DNA of 20,000 nt from Wickerhamiella versatilis (Eukaryota). Below, piece by piece: positions 18,252 to 20,000 of the stretch. The position numbers and the translations under genes are program-made. The stretch's first letter is position 1. Every line of letters starts with the position of its first letter. The stretch spans positions 4,575,438 to 4,595,437 of the forward strand of contig JAQOWU010000008.1 of assembly GCA_030867685.1 (NCBI GenBank). Direction: 5' to 3'. The notes below the pieces were generated by a model. It ran no database searches, was not told where the DNA came from, and saw nothing but the letters and a program-made list of their open reading frames with translations.

Positions 18252-18899
18252 CTAGTCATTTGAAGAATCAGAAAAAACCTGATTGACGGTATTGACAACT
18301 TTGCCACTGAATTGAAGAACAAAACTAGCCATAAGGCAGGATAAACCGCATATGGTGACTATAGGAGCGTAGTTCCAGTCACGGATTATGCGGGCCACCA
18401 GAGATCTATGGTTCCGTACCAAAACTCCGACTAGTAAAATACCACCAATCGAAAAAGTATTCAAGAGTAAATCTAAGCCAAAAGGATTGGCAATTTTCAC
18501 CTTAAATCCCATATCTGCGCTAATCATGTGGACCACAAATCTGTCCATTCGGACCAGCTGCAAGAGAGCGAGCCCGTTTCCCAATAATCATAAACTGGTA
18601 TAGACTGAGTTTTCAGAATATCTACCGTTCGAGAGGGTGAATAGAAAGTGATGCCATTGTACCGTATATCTGAAAGCCCCAGATCCTTGAATGTATCTTG
18701 AACATTTTCAATATTTACGTCCACCTCCGTATGAATGGTCTCGAATCCAATTTATGGCTAGAAGACGAAAACCAGAGGTAAGATTGTCGCTGAATTGAGC
18801 ATTGATCAACATAACGAGAGCACAGTCACGATACGTTTCGATAACCTCTTTAATAATACCGTTATCTACATATATAACCCCATCGCTAGAGATAGACTC
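18252..18899 (-). pseudogene. Possible decayed gene relic of unknown family with C-terminal hydrophobic helices
   Basis: Three overlapping protein-like frames can be chained by two frameshifts (about 18720 and 18585): ESISSDGVIYVDNGIIKEVIETY...NWIRDHS / DVNIENVQDTFKDLG...PVYDY / GNGLALLQLV...GGILLVGVLV...SFVLQFS. No family recognised. Confidence 0.3.
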
Positions 18900-19615
18900 C
18901 GACGGATCAGCTAGTGCGATTGGTATTAATTACAGCAAACCAAGCATCATACTGATCACCATAGATACGGGGGGTGGGGGGATAAGAGATAGACCCCGAT
19001 TTGCTATCCGGTTTGTAATCATGTTTATTGTCCAATAGAAGATAATCCACCATAGATGGCCTAGGAAATTAGAAACAGCTATCACCCAGATTTAAACTTG
19101 TTATTTTTTCCTATTTAGTCTCTTGTATTTTGACCTGATTGAAAGCAAGTTTCGCTGGTCATCGAATGTATGTTTCACTAAATACTGCTCCAATATTAAA
19201 ACCTTGCTTTGTTAGAGTAAGAACATGAATAGCCTGAATTCTACCTCCATTCCAGCATTAGGATACTATTTCATATCCTACACCATGGTACCAAGCCCTA
19301 TCATGACAATATCAAAGGTTTTCTGGTCCTATTTATTCATATTGCTGTTTATCATATTAGTCATTACAATACACCTTGCATTTTCCATTTAGTTCCCGAG
19401 TAGCGAAGTGGATAGCGTAGTGTGGAGATAATTGCAAACCCATTTTGTTGGCTATTGGAAACGTTCAACTCCTCTTTTATATACATCTATTGATACCTGA
19501 CCAATTATGGTTGGAGCGTCCTATCATGTGTTGCTCAATCATATTAATAATATATACGCATAACATCGTGCTGCGAGCTGTTATTCACAGTAAAGGATAG
19601 GAGTGTTTAAGATAT

Positions 19616-20000
19616 ATGATCAGTGAAGTGCTTATTGTTGAATTATCAGAGCATGGATCGAGATCTTGGTATACTGATGGCGATATTGTGTCGGGAAAGG
19701 TGTTTATTAATGCGAAAAGAGACATTGGTGTCCGCACCATTACAGCAAGCCTTCAATGCAAAGAACTGGTTAAATTGGATTGGAAGCAGAAAACCCGTGA
19801 AATATTTTTCGTGAAGCAGGTCTCCGTACCTCGTTTTGACACGGCAGAAGTCGAATACGTAAACATGAAGGAAGTTCTTTTCCCGTTCTCTGTCATGGGT
19901 AAATCGGTTAATAGTGGTGGGTTGACGATACGAGCAGATGTGCATGAATTCGACTTCAGTTTCAAAATTCCCAATCTAGAGCGCATACCGCCATCTTGGG
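19616..20000 (+). CDS. Arrestin N-domain (alpha-arrestin / ART-like) protein, 5' part running off the window
   Basis: Not in the ORF track. The ATG at 19616 opens MISEVLIVELSEHGSRSWYTDGDIVSGKVFINAKRDIGVRTITASLQCKE...VLFP...TIRADVHEFDFSFKIPNLERIPPSW with no stop. YTxGDxVSGKV and HEFxFSFxIP...PPS are typical arrestin-N features. Confidence 0.8.
   Translation, partial: MISEVLIVELSEHGSRSWYTDGDIVSGKVFINAKRDIGVRTITASLQCKELVKLDWKQKTREIFFVKQVSVPRFDTAEVEYVNMKEVLFPFSVMGKSVNSGGLTIRADVHEFDFSFKIPNLERIPPSW

Noticed and set aside
19623-19986. ORFs 19623-19814, 19646-19945 and 19753-19986
   Set aside because: They overlap the arrestin-like frame starting at 19616, which explains the region better.

Overview
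Eukaryotic, intron-poor, AT-rich yeast-like DNA (Saccharomycotina). The CalA/SBLE-type lipase, the HOL1 homolog and several bacterial-looking genes suggest the Starmerella/Wickerhamiella clade, but that is inference. The window looks like an accessory region. In order it holds: a secreted EphD-like alpha/beta hydrolase lacking its nucleophile; a divergent secreted CalA/LIP-family lipase with catalytic Ser replaced by Asn; an orphan membrane protein of about 16 TM segments with an apparent 8+8 duplication; a compact three-gene unit (frameshifted Zn2Cys6 regulator, HOL1-family amine/polyamine transporter, bacterial-type YtcJ/Amidohydro_3 metallo-amidohydrolase); a Crg1/Tmt1-like methyltransferase pseudogene; a secreted chagasin (I42) protease inhibitor; a 2x139-bp tandem repeat; an unknown secreted protein; a possible gene relic; and the 5' end of an arrestin-like gene. 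The best candidate for a new system is the regulator/HOL1/amidohydrolase trio. The transporter and enzyme promoters share a CGG-N9/10-CCG element with an identical 12-mer (CTTTTCCGAAAC), and the transporter leader carries a short Pro-stop uORF. Together these suggest a regulated pathway for importing and hydrolysing an N-acylated amine or polyamine. All family assignments are from motif recognition, not database searches.
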